Shown: positions 27,669 through 38,752, counted from the stretch's first letter. The stretch is DNA of 64,000 bases from Nitrospinota bacterium (GCA_030754595.1 JASLZZ010000034.1:1-64000); one strand, 5' to 3'. The notes: generated from the letters alone by a model not told the origin. Made by a program: numbers and translations.

Positions 27669-27985
27669 GCGTCCATTAAACGCTAACACACTAATAAATA
27701 AATACTTACATGATTATTGCGATTCTGCGAGATCGAGATTTTCGCCCCAGGCCCTGAAAAATATTCCCCTCCGAAAAAAATTTGCCCGAATGGAGATCGC
27801 CGGACGCCCCCTCTCCCGGAATCACCCCCCTCCAGAGAGCAAAATCGGTTTATTATCCTCTATTAGCCCCTAATTCCGATTCGGGGCGAAAACACCGTTT
27901 GTACCCAAATCGTTAACATTGTCACAGTAAAGCCAAAATTTGGGAGGAGAGCACACTGTTCCGGCGAACGTTAATAGCGGCTATC

Positions 27986-28513
27986 GTGGCGGCGCATTTT
28001 TTTATTTCCGCTCCCCCGGCCGCTCAGGCAGAGCCAAAACCCGGAAAACGGCTAACCGCCAAAATCACCCGTGTTTTTGACGGCTACAGCTTCCAGCTGG
28101 GCGCCGGAATGAGAGGAGCCTTGATCGGTGTGGCCTCTCCTTCTCGCCGTGCGCTGGGGGGGAAAGAATCCTTCGCCTTTTTGCGAAACTTGCTTGAAGG
28201 AAGAACCGTCAAACTCGAGGTAGACAAAAAACTGGTGGATACATACGGGCAAGCGAGGTACTACGTTTATCTTAACGACGGGACCATGGTAAATGCGCTG
28301 ATCCTGCTACGCGGGTTTGGCCGGGCGGTTATCAAGCATCCAAACGTTCGTTACCGGAAAAAACTCCTGGAAGCCGAGAAATTCGCCAAATCATTCAAAC
28401 GGGGAATATGGGGCGATTCATTTCGCGATCCGAACGAAGACGATTTTTTCAAAGATAAAGATCCTTTCGACCGCTCTCCCCTCTTCCGTCCGCGGCGGCG
28501 GCGGAGATACTAA
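27986..28513 (+). CDS. Thermonuclease (SNase)-fold protein with degenerate active site
   Basis: RVFDGYSF, LEGRTVKLEVD, DTYGQ, YVYLNDGTMVNALILLRGFG and AKSFKRGIW; true start may lie upstream. Confidence 0.78.
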   Translation: MAAHFFISAPPAAQAEPKPGKRLTAKITRVFDGYSFQLGAGMRGALIGVASPSRRALGGKESFAFLRNLLEGRTVKLEVDKKLVDTYGQARYYVYLNDGTMVNALILLRGFGRAVIKHPNVRYRKKLLEAEKFAKSFKRGIWGDSFRDPNEDDFFKDKDPFDRSPLFRPRRRRRY

Positions 28514-28580
28514 TTCAAAATTGTGCCGCTAAATTTCAATTAAACCGGAGAATCTTGCATCAGCCCGATAATCGATTGCC

Positions 28581-29375
28581 CTAGGATGATTTCTCTTCTC
28601 CGCCCTGCAACTCCTTACCGCCACCCATGGAATCCGCCATACCCATGAGCGGACGGAGAAGTTCCAGCGGCAGCGGAAATACGATGGTGGAATTGTTTTC
28701 CGTCGCCACCTCAGAGAGGGTCTGAAGAAAGCGGAGCTGAAGGGCCCCCGGCGCCGCTCCTATTATCGTTGCGGCCTCAGCGAGGCGCGCGCTGGCCTGG
28801 AACTCACCCTCGGCATGTATCACCTTGGCCCGACGCTCCCTTTCGGCCTCGGCTTGACGCGCAATGGCCCTTTGCATCTCCGTGGGCAAGTCCACATGCT
28901 TTACCTCGACGGTTGTCACCTTTATGCCCCAAGCGTCGGTAGCTTGATCGAGGAGTTCCTGCAACTGGACATTTATTTTCTCGCGCTCCGAGAGAAGGTC
29001 GTCAAGCTCCATTTGCCCAAGAACACTTCGCAAAGTGGTCTGGCTTAATTGCCCGGTGGCATATAAAAAATCCTCCACCTCGATAATCGCATGTTGGGGG
29101 TTCAGAACTCGAAAATAAACCACTGCGTTGACTTTAACCGACACATTGTCCTTGGTGATGATATCCTGAGCCGGGACATCCATCGTCACCAGGCGAAGAC
29201 TGGTTCGGACCGACCGATCAATTAACGGAAGCACAATAATTAGTCCGGGTCCTTTCGTACGGTAGTATCTCCCCAACCGAAAGATTACAGCTCTCTCGTA
29301 TTCGTTGAGCACTCGAATTGCGCTAAACAAAAATAGACCCACAATCGCAACAAAGACGATTAAGGTATAGCTCAT
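28581..29375 (-). CDS. SPFH/stomatin (slipin) family protein
   Basis: [30 protein letters not shown] and [17 protein letters not shown]. Confidence 0.95.
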   Translation of the reverse strand: MSYTLIVFVAIVGLFLFSAIRVLNEYERAVIFRLGRYYRTKGPGLIIVLPLIDRSVRTSLRLVTMDVPAQDIITKDNVSVKVNAVVYFRVLNPQHAIIEVEDFLYATGQLSQTTLRSVLGQMELDDLLSEREKINVQLQELLDQATDAWGIKVTTVEVKHVDLPTEMQRAIARQAEAERERRAKVIHAEGEFQASARLAEAATIIGAAPGALQLRFLQTLSEVATENNSTIVFPLPLELLRPLMGMADSMGGGKELQGGEEKSS

Positions 29376-30712
29376 TTCTGACCATCCTCCCTGGAAACGT
29401 GGAGCCTGAGGCCATCGATTGCGACAACCCGGACTTTTTCACCCTGTTGAATCGCCTCATCGGAATCCGCCGTCCAGAGTTCACCGCGAACAAATATCTT
29501 CATTTGTTCGTCACCAGCGGAACGCACGACACCGATCTGGTCGATCAATCCTTCCACCCCGCTTACAGGCCGCGTTTGCTGAACCCTGAAACCCAAACCG
29601 ACAATCCACACGAAAAATATCGCGGTTCCGGCCACGGCGGGCAGAATCACGGTAAGGCTGATTTGAAGGTAAGGCTCGGGCGAATCGATCAACATGACCG
29701 AACCCAGCGTCATCGCCACGACTCCGCTTATCGTCAAACCCCCATAGCTCACAACCTTAATTTCGAGCAAGAACATAATAACGGCCAGTCCCATCAAAAG
29801 GAGGCCCACATAGTTGATTGGAAGAACTTTCATCGCATAAAGCGCAAGAAGAATACTGATGGCCCCCACCACGCCGGGCAAGATATTCCCAGGGTTTGAA
29901 AGCTCGAAGAAAAGACCATACATCCCTAGCAACATGAGAATGTAAGCAATATTGGGATCACTCAAAAGCGAAAGCACTTTATCCCGCCAAGTGCGCTCCA
30001 AGGCCACCATTTGCGCACCGCGGATGGAAAGGGTTATTTCCTGGCCTGAAGCGAGCTTCACCTTGCGTCCGTCCAGGGCAAGCAAAAGTGATTTTACGTT
30101 CACCGCCACGAGATCAATTACCTTGAGCTTCAAGGCTTCAGCCTCGTCCACGGAAATGGCCTCGCGTACCGCACTCTCCGCCCATTCAGCATTTCGGCCG
30201 GTTCGAGTGGCGACGGACCGGGCAAAGGCGGCCACATCATTCATCGCCTTTTTCCGCATGTCGCCCTGAATTTGGCTTCCGCCGCCCCCGACAGGGCTGG
30301 CCGCGCCGATATTCGTCCCTGGTGCCATGGCAGCGATGTGGGCCGACATCGTGATGAAAGTTCCGGCGGAAGCAGCCCGGGCTCCACCAGGAGCAACAAA
30401 CACGGCCACGGGAATCTCGGAGGCGAATATCGCCTTAACAATGGCCCGCGTACTCGAAACCAGGCCGCCCGGCGTATCCAACCGGATGACGAGAAGCTGC
30501 GCTCCGCGCTTCCTGGCCTCTTCCAAGCCGTAATTTACATAGGAGGTCGAACCGGGTGAAATGGCATCTTCTACATCGATAACGAGAACAGGCCCCTTGC
30601 CTTGGGCAAGGAGGGTATGGACACTCAAAAGCCCCCAGAGGGCCAAACCCGCAAGGAGAAGTGTGCCGTAGTGTCCCCGTCTCTTTTTTGTCCTCGGGCG
30701 GCTTCCATTCAT
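29372..30712 (-). CDS. nfeD: NfeD long form (ClpP-like protease + TM + OB domain)
   Basis: LDTPGG, AASAG, TNIGAA and VRGELWTA; canonical partner of the stomatin gene; start 30712 inferred from GAGG. Confidence 0.9.
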   Translation of the reverse strand: MNGSRPRTKKRRGHYGTLLLAGLALWGLLSVHTLLAQGKGPVLVIDVEDAISPGSTSYVNYGLEEARKRGAQLLVIRLDTPGGLVSSTRAIVKAIFASEIPVAVFVAPGGARAASAGTFITMSAHIAAMAPGTNIGAASPVGGGGSQIQGDMRKKAMNDVAAFARSVATRTGRNAEWAESAVREAISVDEAEALKLKVIDLVAVNVKSLLLALDGRKVKLASGQEITLSIRGAQMVALERTWRDKVLSLLSDPNIAYILMLLGMYGLFFELSNPGNILPGVVGAISILLALYAMKVLPINYVGLLLMGLAVIMFLLEIKVVSYGGLTISGVVAMTLGSVMLIDSPEPYLQISLTVILPAVAGTAIFFVWIVGLGFRVQQTRPVSGVEGLIDQIGVVRSAGDEQMKIFVRGELWTADSDEAIQQGEKVRVVAIDGLRLHVSREDGQK

Positions 30713-30846
30713 AGGAACACCCTCATGAACTTCCGGCGGCGGGAGGGAAGTAAAACCAATCATCGCTGAAAGTCTAGCACAAAGAAGGCCCACCCCAGGA
30801 ATATCCCCGCCTCTCCCGGACTTTTTCAAAAATTCTCCTGAATCTC

Positions 30847-32193
30847 TCAACCTTTCTCTGAGAGCTCAAGAAGGATCTCGTCCACAATCCCCACCGCGGC
30901 TTCAATCTGCGCCTCATCGGTGACGATCGGCGGCATGAAAGCCAGTACATTTTTGTAGTGCCCGCCCGGATAGAGAAAAAGGCCCTTTTTCACGGCCATC
31001 TCGCTCGCCTCCTTGGCGATTGGCAAGGGCTCCCGCGTCTGGCGATCCGAGACAAGCTCCGCAGCCAGCATGAGCCCCCGGCCTCGAACCTCGCCCACCA
31101 CGGGATGCCGCTCGGCCAGTTCTCCGAGACGCTCAAGAAAATAGCCCCCCATCCGCTCGGCACGATCGGCCAGATTCTCATCTTCGTAGACCGCGATGGA
31201 GGCGAGCCCGGCTGCGCAGGACAAAACATTGCCGGCATAGGTGCCCGTCTCGCTTCCTGGTGGAGAGGCATCGGCAATCTCCGATTTGGCCACGCAGGCC
31301 GAAAGGGGCAGCCCCCCCGAAAGGGATTTTCCCATGACAACCAGATCGGGCTCCACCCCTTCTTCGTGCTGGTAGGCGAACATTCTTCCCGTCCGTGCGA
31401 AACCGCTCATCACTTCATCACAGATGAACAAAACCCCATAGCGGTCGCAAAGTTCCCGGAGAGCGCGAAGAAACCCCAGGGGCGCCGGAATCATCCCTCC
31501 GTTTCCCTGGACGGGTTCAGTCATGATCGCGGCCACCTCGCCCCACCCGCTCGCCGGATTTTTCAAAAACTCCTCGATATAGGCGATCGTCCCCTCGACG
31601 CAATCATTCGGGCTTCGGCCGAAGGGATTCCGGTAAGGATAGGGATAGGGAACATGGTGCGCTCCCGGAACGAGCGCCCCCAGCCCCTCGCGCTGGGACT
31701 TCCGGCCCATGAAAGGAAGGGCCCCGAGGGAGCGCCCGTGGAATCCGCCCGTAAACCCCACGATTTCTTGCCGCCCGGTGGCCCGGCGAGCGAGTTTGAT
31801 CGCGGTCTCAACAGCCTCGCCGCCCGAGGCGCCGAAGAGAATTTTCTTGGGCGCCGCCCCGCCCACCAGCGAGATCACTTTTTCCTCGAGGTCGAGGCGT
31901 ACCTTCGATCCCAGCGACATGGCCTGATGCAATTTCCCGGCCTGCTCCCGCACGGCCTCGACGACCCTCGGATGACAGTGGCCCGCGTTGAGCGAACCGA
32001 ATCCGGACACAAAATCGAGAAAAACATTCCCGTCAACATCTTCGACCTCTGCGCCCAGGGCACGCTCAATCATCACCGTGTCCGGGGTCATCCCCGACGA
32101 CAAACCAGCCTTTGCCTCATAACGGCCGAGCCGCTCGAGCTGCTCACGGGTTTTCGGGCCAGGGTGAGGCACTCGCATCTGAGGTGCTTTCAT
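30847..32193 (-). CDS. Class-III PLP aminotransferase (GABA-AT-like)
   Basis: DVDGNVFLDF, SGGEAVETAIK, FHGR, EPVQGNGG, DEVMSGFARTG and MGKSLSGG. Confidence 0.92.
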   Translation of the reverse strand: MKAPQMRVPHPGPKTREQLERLGRYEAKAGLSSGMTPDTVMIERALGAEVEDVDGNVFLDFVSGFGSLNAGHCHPRVVEAVREQAGKLHQAMSLGSKVRLDLEEKVISLVGGAAPKKILFGASGGEAVETAIKLARRATGRQEIVGFTGGFHGRSLGALPFMGRKSQREGLGALVPGAHHVPYPYPYRNPFGRSPNDCVEGTIAYIEEFLKNPASGWGEVAAIMTEPVQGNGGMIPAPLGFLRALRELCDRYGVLFICDEVMSGFARTGRMFAYQHEEGVEPDLVVMGKSLSGGLPLSACVAKSEIADASPPGSETGTYAGNVLSCAAGLASIAVYEDENLADRAERMGGYFLERLGELAERHPVVGEVRGRGLMLAAELVSDRQTREPLPIAKEASEMAVKKGLFLYPGGHYKNVLAFMPPIVTDEAQIEAAVGIVDEILLELSEKG

Positions 32194-32648
32194 CGGTTGA
32201 ACTCCCTCGCAAAAATAATCAAGCAGATAAAATCGCGAAAATAAGATAAATTCGCTTCATGATGCCGCTCATTTTATTGTATCACTGCCGAGAAATGGTG
32301 CTGGTGGCCGCTATATTTTCTTTGCTCTTCCCATTAGCGCTAGTTCTCATTGAGCGGAGACCTCAAGGCTGGCTGCCTAATTGTGCCTCCAGGCGAGCAT
32401 TCTCGCGTTTATTATAAACGAGAAGGAAACCCGAACGGCCCCGACGGCTCCCCAACAGGAAGGAGCCTAAACCCCTTTCTCTGGGCCAAATTCGGACATC
32501 TCCCGCCCCCGTTCCACCGGGTTCGATGCCCCCGCCCGATGAGCTTGCTGCGGGAAAAACGGGAAATCGTTGCGGGGCGAGGCGGGCTCTGCCATAATCC
32601 CCTCGCTTTCAGACAGTTACGCTGGATTTTCTTTCTTACGGATGGATC

Positions 32649-33992
32649 ATGGAAAATAACTGCTGGTTTCAGTGCATCAACGAGGATTGCGGGGCCACCT
32701 ATTCGGTCTTCGACGCCATCTACCGGTGCAGAGATTGCGGCCAACTTCTCGAAGTGATCCACGACATCGACTCACTCAGAACCCAAAGCGCCTCGGAATG
32801 GCGTCATCTGTTTGATGATCGCTACAAGCGAAATATATGGCCCTACGGCAGCGGCGTCTGGGGGAAGAAAGAGTGGGTCATGCCTCTCGTGGAGGATGAC
32901 AACATCATCTCCTTCTACGAAGGGGGAACCAACCTTTTTTGGGCCAATCGCCTGAGCCGGGAACTGGGAGTCAGCGATATTTGGATAAAACAGTGCGGCA
33001 ACAGTCACACCGGGTCGTTCAAGGATTTGGGAATGACCGTCCTCGTATCCGCCGCCCGGCAAATGATCGCCGACGGAAGGAAAATTCGCGCCATCGCCTG
33101 CGCCTCGACCGGAGACACATCGGCGGCCCTGGCCGCCTATTGCGCGGCGGCCGACATTCCTTCGATCGTCTTTTTGCCCCGGGATAAAGTCTCAACGGCC
33201 CAGCTTATTCAACCCATCGCCAACGGCGCCACCGTCATGTCGCTGGACACCGATTTCGACGGTTGCATGAAGATCGTGCAAAAGGTGGCGGAGGATCAAG
33301 GCATCTACTTGGCGAACAGCATGAATTCGCTCCGCCTCGAAGGGCAAAAGACGATCAGCATCGAGCTTGCCCAGCAGTTCGACTGGGAATTGCCCGACGT
33401 CATTATTATCCCCGGAGGAAACCTGGGGAACGTGAGCGCACTCGGAAAAGGTTTTTTGATGATGCAGGATTTGGGGCTGATCGATCACCTGCCCCGAATC
33501 GTCTGCGCCCAGGCGGAAAATGCAAATCCACTCTACCGGAGCTACCTTACGGGATTCAAGGAATACGAACCTATCAAGGCAAAGACGACCCTCGCTAGCG
33601 CTATCCAGATTGGAAATCCGGTGAGCATCGAGCGCGCCGTCCGCATCCTGAAACAATTCAAAGGAGTGGTGGAGCAGGCCTCGGAGGAAGAGTTGGCAAA
33701 CGCATCGGCCCAGGCCGACCAGACAGGCATGTATAACTGCCCGCATACTGGTGTGGCGCTTGCGGTTCTGCAAAAACTTATTTCCCGCGGCGAAGTGGGC
33801 GCCCGCGACCGCGTTGCGGTCATCTCCACGGCGCACGGGCTGAAATTCACGGAATTCAAAATTCGATACCACGAAAGGAAAATCGAGGGCATGGAGGCGC
33901 GTTACGCCAATTCGCCCATCGAGCTTCCCGATGATGTCGGTGCAGTGCAGGAAGCGATCGAAAAGAAACTCGATTCGATATCTGTTACCTAA
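32649..33992 (+). CDS. thrC: Threonine synthase, plant-like type
   Basis: [47 protein letters not shown] and STAHGLKF. Confidence 0.93.
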   Translation: MENNCWFQCINEDCGATYSVFDAIYRCRDCGQLLEVIHDIDSLRTQSASEWRHLFDDRYKRNIWPYGSGVWGKKEWVMPLVEDDNIISFYEGGTNLFWANRLSRELGVSDIWIKQCGNSHTGSFKDLGMTVLVSAARQMIADGRKIRAIACASTGDTSAALAAYCAAADIPSIVFLPRDKVSTAQLIQPIANGATVMSLDTDFDGCMKIVQKVAEDQGIYLANSMNSLRLEGQKTISIELAQQFDWELPDVIIIPGGNLGNVSALGKGFLMMQDLGLIDHLPRIVCAQAENANPLYRSYLTGFKEYEPIKAKTTLASAIQIGNPVSIERAVRILKQFKGVVEQASEEELANASAQADQTGMYNCPHTGVALAVLQKLISRGEVGARDRVAVISTAHGLKFTEFKIRYHERKIEGMEARYANSPIELPDDVGAVQEAIEKKLDSISVT

Positions 33993-34017
33993 ATACTCCA
34001 TAAACTCAGGAATTCTA

Positions 34018-35211
34018 ATGAGCGAGCCACCGAAAAATCTGAAAATAACGGAACCCTCGGCCGACGGAAATAAATCCGGGCGCCGGAACGCGGAAAACTC
34101 TCTTCCCGCGCCGATATTTCAGACCGCGACTTTCACCTTCGACAGTACGGCCGATCTTGCCGCGTTTCACGACGGGGAGAGCGAGGGATATTTTTATACC
34201 CGCTACGGAAACCCCACTTTAGCCGCAGCCGAATCACGTCTTTCCAGGCTTGAAGGGGCCGAGGCGTCTCTCCTCTACGCAAGCGGCATGGCCGCCGTCT
34301 CATCGGTGTTCTGGGCGCTCCTCGGCCCGGGGGCAAGACTCATCCTCCTTGGCGAGACCTACCGCCACACGAGAGATTTTGCCGAATCCCTTCTCTCCCG
34401 CTACAAGGTGGATGTTGAGATACTGCCGGAGAACACCATCGACGCCCTCGAAAAAGCGAATGAAGGTCCGGTTCGCGTACTGTTCGCCGAAATTCCATCG
34501 AACCCCACCATGCGGGTTCCCGAGCTGGAGCGGCTCGCGGAATGGGCCCGGAATCGCGGCGCAAAACTGGTTGTGGACTCCACGATAGCCTCGCCCGTTC
34601 TCCTCCGGCCCCTCGAACATGGGGCGGACCTCGTCGTTCATAGCGCTACGAAATTTCTCGGAGGTCACAACGACTTGCTTGCCGGCGCTGTCTCCGGTTC
34701 CCGGCCTTTCATCGACGCCTTGGTTGAGCAACAGGCCATGTTGGGAGCGGTGATCAGCCCTCATACGGCATTTCTTCTCGAACGGGGAATGAAAACCCTC
34801 GGAGTCCGGGTGGAGCGGCAATCCGAGACGGCGCTTCGTCTCGCCGAATTTCTCAGAGAGCAAAAACAGATCAAGTGCGTCCATTACCCTGGCCTCGAAT
34901 CGCACCCCGACCATAAAACCGCCCGGAAGATCATGAGGGCGTTCGGCGGCTTGCTCAGTTTCGAGCTTAACGGTGGCTCCGATGCCGCGGACCGGCTGGT
35001 CGATTCACTCAGGATACCTGTGCTGGCGGCTGGATTCGGCGGCACCGAGAGCCAGGCCGAGCACCACCCCCGGATGGCCTATGCCGACCTCGGCCTCGAG
35101 GGTGCACAGGCCAGAGGAGTAGTTCCCGGTCTTATCCGCTATTCTGTAGGGTTGGAGAATTTCGAAGCGCTACGGGATGACTTGGTGGAAGGGCTAAGGA
35201 TAATTGACTAA
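34018..35211 (+). CDS. Cystathionine gamma-synthase family (Cys/Met PLP enzyme), plant-like
   Basis: YTRYGNPT, ASGM, YRHTR, HSATKFLGGHND, RGMKTL and YPGLESHP. Confidence 0.85.
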   Translation: MSEPPKNLKITEPSADGNKSGRRNAENSLPAPIFQTATFTFDSTADLAAFHDGESEGYFYTRYGNPTLAAAESRLSRLEGAEASLLYASGMAAVSSVFWALLGPGARLILLGETYRHTRDFAESLLSRYKVDVEILPENTIDALEKANEGPVRVLFAEIPSNPTMRVPELERLAEWARNRGAKLVVDSTIASPVLLRPLEHGADLVVHSATKFLGGHNDLLAGAVSGSRPFIDALVEQQAMLGAVISPHTAFLLERGMKTLGVRVERQSETALRLAEFLREQKQIKCVHYPGLESHPDHKTARKIMRAFGGLLSFELNGGSDAADRLVDSLRIPVLAAGFGGTESQAEHHPRMAYADLGLEGAQARGVVPGLIRYSVGLENFEALRDDLVEGLRIID

Positions 35212-35225
35212 TTTCGTCTCGCAGG

Positions 35226-35855
35226 CTACCCCTTCTTCCCTTTCCGCGACTTCATTTTGACGACCAGCCAACGGGTTCTCACCCACATTTTCCTTCTCTT
35301 CCAGCGGCCTGATTTCACCAATATGCGAGTGAATCCCCGGTTATCCCTCGAGAGAACCTCGACCAGCGTGCCGGGAGGAAGCATATAGAGGAATCGCTTG
35401 CCCCGAGGCTTACGGTAGCCCCCGGCGTAATTCAGGGGAAGACCGCGGTATGAGGCCCGCACAAAAAGAGATCTCCCGATAGGATGGCCGCCGCCCAACA
35501 ACCTCCTGCCGCCACCCGCGCCGCTCGCTGCGGATTTCGACCTCGCCCGAGAGGATTTTTTCGATCTTACGGGAGACTTTGCCGGGCCGAAGTCCTTTTG
35601 TTTTTTGACTCTGGAGGCGATATCGCGAAGCTGAAGTTGAACTTCGTTTATTGATCTTCCGTGATTTTGCAAAATTTGGGTATGGGCGAGGAGCTGTTTT
35701 CGGACAAACTCAATCTTGGCATTGGATTCCTTGGCGTCTTTTTCGTACCTGCTTGTCTGGACAATATATCCGCAACCGGAAAGGAGAATCGATACCGCCA
35801 CGAGGCATACCCCCCCTCTCACGCATCCTCTGTCCGAACTCAAAGATCTTGACAC
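35226..35855 (-). CDS. Putative lipoprotein: coiled coil, basic linker, SH3b-like C-terminus
   Basis: Lipobox LLSGC; C-terminal LPPGTLVEVLSRD...MWVRTRWL. Confidence 0.6.
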   Translation of the reverse strand: MSRSLSSDRGCVRGGVCLVAVSILLSGCGYIVQTSRYEKDAKESNAKIEFVRKQLLAHTQILQNHGRSINEVQLQLRDIASRVKKQKDFGPAKSPVRSKKSSRARSKSAASGAGGGRRLLGGGHPIGRSLFVRASYRGLPLNYAGGYRKPRGKRFLYMLPPGTLVEVLSRDNRGFTRILVKSGRWKRRKMWVRTRWLVVKMKSRKGKKG

Positions 35856-35875
35856 CTAAATTCCCATGCGCCTCA

Positions 35876-36709
35876 TCATACGGGATACCACCCTTCGATG
35901 GGCGGCATCACGACCAATTCGCTCTCTAATGATTCCACATCCTCAAAAGAGTTGGCAATGCTCTCCGACAGGTCCTTTTCATCCTCGCTGTTAACGCGCC
36001 CGCGCAAAACAAGGCACCCGGCGACGGTACATTCCACGGAAATTCCGCTGGCATCGATACGGTCATCCGTCATCAACGCCGCCTTCACCTTTTGCGCGAA
36101 CGAGTTGTTTCGGAGACTCTCGGACGAAGCCGGCGCGTTTTGGGCAAGATGTTCCCGCTTCATGATTTTGACGAGCATCCGGACGACGGCTTCATCCTCG
36201 AAGTAGCCGGTATTGAGAACTACATCAAAATCGCCCGGATCACCCCAACGAGCATTAAAGAAATAGCGCGTATACGACTTTCTCTCCTGATCGTTGTGGC
36301 GGATAAACTCCTCCGCCATCGCTCCGGTGATTCCTTCGTTTTCGGTAAGATGTTTTCGCCGGACATCATCGGATGCAACGATTCGGCTCCGAAATACCCC
36401 AGGAATGCCAGTGAGCAGAGAATTTCCGCCCCGGCCCAGGATGACGTAGTTGTCGCTAAGGGCACACTCGTAAACAATCGCCCTCATAATATCGAGATAG
36501 ACCAATTGGCGATCCCTGAAAAACCTATCTACGAAGCCGGGACTTCGCTCGTCCACCCGCTCGAGTTCGGCGCGCACATAACCATAGGAGCGGGCGGCCT
36601 CGGCGAAACTCTCTGTATCAAGGAGGTCCCAACCCAATTCATCCGCCACTTTTTTTCCGATGACGTCCCCGCCACTACCTAGTTCCCGAGATATCGTCAA
36701 CACGCCCAT
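35876..36709 (-). CDS. Cytidylate-kinase-like family protein with C-terminal BON domain
   Basis: TISRELGSGG, VILGRGG and FDVVLNT; C-terminal VKAALMTDDRI...LRGRV. Confidence 0.82.
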   Translation of the reverse strand: MGVLTISRELGSGGDVIGKKVADELGWDLLDTESFAEAARSYGYVRAELERVDERSPGFVDRFFRDRQLVYLDIMRAIVYECALSDNYVILGRGGNSLLTGIPGVFRSRIVASDDVRRKHLTENEGITGAMAEEFIRHNDQERKSYTRYFFNARWGDPGDFDVVLNTGYFEDEAVVRMLVKIMKREHLAQNAPASSESLRNNSFAQKVKAALMTDDRIDASGISVECTVAGCLVLRGRVNSEDEKDLSESIANSFEDVESLESELVVMPPIEGWYPV

Positions 36710-36894
36710 CGAAGATCCCTCCCGGTGGAATTTTATTCAATCGGGCGACCTGAAATTTTCGAGCCGGTTTTCGGCTTTCGATCATGGAATCCATTGTCTT
36801 CCGCATGGTCGTACACCCACTCAATAAGGTCAAGGCAAGGATTCACAAAACCATTATCGATCGAATCATTCTATTCCCCTCACTGAAGCACCGC

Positions 36895-38625
36895 CTATCG
36901 GCTGGCTCTTTTGAATTTATCCAACTGAACCCTATAGTAACGGTTGCTGGGCTCCAGTTCTATGGCTCGCTGAATGAGGGGTATCGATTTCACAGGCTGC
37001 TTGTTCCTGAAATAAAGCTCCGCCAAAGTATCCAAATAGGGGGGTGTATCCGGACGAATTTCCAGAGAGCGCTTCGAGAGTTCTATGCCATGCTCAAGAT
37101 TCTTTCCATCCACGACATGAAACCACGCCAGCCGGTTCAATGCTGGGGCTGAATTGGGTTCTATTTTCAACACCTCTCTAAAATGTTCCTTGGACTCCTT
37201 GGCCTTTCCGCTCTCCCATAGCAACATTCCCAATTCGAGCAGAATTTCCTTGGATTTCGGATGCTTTTTTCGCATTTTTAAAAGCAACTTATATGCCTCA
37301 TCCGGGCGTCTACGCGCCCTCTCAAGGCGGGCTATCCGGACCAGCATTTCCAAATTAGATGGATGTAGGGCAGCAGCGCGGCGATAGAGAACAACCGCCT
37401 CCTTGTACCTCCGCCCGGCTTCGAGCAAGGCCCCAAGGCGGGAATAAGCGTCCAGCCAATCAGGGGCCAAATCAATCACTTTTTTGTATGCATCAATAGC
37501 GCCATCTCGATTCGAAATTTCCGTCAGGGCTGACCCCAGCTGAAAGTACAGGCGGGGCTCCTCGGACATCAATGAAATTCCTTTTCGAAGAATCTTCGCC
37601 GCCTGGACGGGTTTTTTTCCGCCGAGGAGCTCTTCGGCCTCACTCAGTAGCGCTTCGAGGGAGGGAATTTTTTTCACTTCTCCCGGCGCTGGCTTTCCTT
37701 CTCTCAAGCGAACCCTGACCTTCTCCAACCGCCGCCGGAGAACAACATCCGCAGGATCGAAACGAATGGCCTCTGCATAGGCGAATGCGGCTTTTTGAAA
37801 ACTTTCCGCGCGAGCATACAAATCGCCCAAAAGAACCCGGCCCTCGATATGGTCAGGGGTCTTTTTCAACAAATTCACCAACTGAGCGATTGCATCGTCG
37901 GACCGGCCCAGCCGTGCGAAATTTTTCGCCAGCCGAAACCTCGCCACAGGTGTTTTCACGCCCTCCACCTTCGCCGCTTTTGCCAACTGAGTCACCGCCA
38001 TGGGAAAAATCCCGTTTCTTTCAAAACGAATTGCCTTTTCGAGGAGTTCATCTTGAACGTCGTCATCTTTTTCAGGAACGCCACCAGCAGAGGAATAATC
38101 CATAGTAGGAATCAAACGACCGAACCGACTTAGGCGTTCTTCAATGGCCTGTAGGTAGAGGGGAACCTTTTGGATAGCCACAGGCGCACCGGCACCCGCC
38201 AAAAAGAGGACAAATATACCAACCATTAGCTTCTTCCGATTGCGGTTGCCCGTTGGGTCCTGCGGCGGATCGGGTCTTGAGTCCGGCATCTTCAAGACGC
38301 CTTCGAGACAGGCTTTGGGGCTAATTTGAACCCGAAGCGCTTGAATATCTCCCCGATGGTAGCATCCAGGCCTAAGATCTAATTTATCAACGGTGACAAG
38401 ATCGCCTTCGCTCGATCCGTGGTGGACCAACTCCTCGACGGAAATTCTTCCTTCTGCTTGAGCGGATGAGCCCAATTCAAGGCGGCCGCTTCCCTCGATT
38501 TCGCCCTCGAACCGGCCGTCCAGGAGGAATTTTCCGGCGAAGCGCAACGCACCTTCCAGGCGCACAGAATCGCCCGCGAAGGATAAATCCGCTTCAGGTC
38601 TAATGGGCAAATCCGGAGATGACAT
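36895..38625 (-). CDS. Bactofilin-domain / TM / TPR-repeat protein
   Basis: N-terminal beta-helix repeats (LEGALRFAGKFLLDGRFEGEI...GDIQALRVQISPKACLEG), Pro-rich linker, hydrophobic helix, then many TPR motifs (LGDLY, YFQLG, ALNRLAW, YLDTLAELY). Confidence 0.78.
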   Translation of the reverse strand: MSSPDLPIRPEADLSFAGDSVRLEGALRFAGKFLLDGRFEGEIEGSGRLELGSSAQAEGRISVEELVHHGSSEGDLVTVDKLDLRPGCYHRGDIQALRVQISPKACLEGVLKMPDSRPDPPQDPTGNRNRKKLMVGIFVLFLAGAGAPVAIQKVPLYLQAIEERLSRFGRLIPTMDYSSAGGVPEKDDDVQDELLEKAIRFERNGIFPMAVTQLAKAAKVEGVKTPVARFRLAKNFARLGRSDDAIAQLVNLLKKTPDHIEGRVLLGDLYARAESFQKAAFAYAEAIRFDPADVVLRRRLEKVRVRLREGKPAPGEVKKIPSLEALLSEAEELLGGKKPVQAAKILRKGISLMSEEPRLYFQLGSALTEISNRDGAIDAYKKVIDLAPDWLDAYSRLGALLEAGRRYKEAVVLYRRAAALHPSNLEMLVRIARLERARRRPDEAYKLLLKMRKKHPKSKEILLELGMLLWESGKAKESKEHFREVLKIEPNSAPALNRLAWFHVVDGKNLEHGIELSKRSLEIRPDTPPYLDTLAELYFRNKQPVKSIPLIQRAIELEPSNRYYRVQLDKFKRASR

Positions 38626-38752
38626 GGGCGTCTCGAGCGTTAGAGAATTATCGATAAGGACCCTTGGAGCAGATCCCTTGGGGCAGGATACCTTTTATAC
38701 GAACGCCCCATCAGGACATCATACTCTTGTTTCGGGTGAAAAAAACGGGCCT

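Noticed and set aside
32200..32648. Possible SAM riboswitch or T-box upstream of thrC/CGS
   Set aside because: No SAM-I core or T-box consensus recognised by eye; an Infernal scan would be needed.
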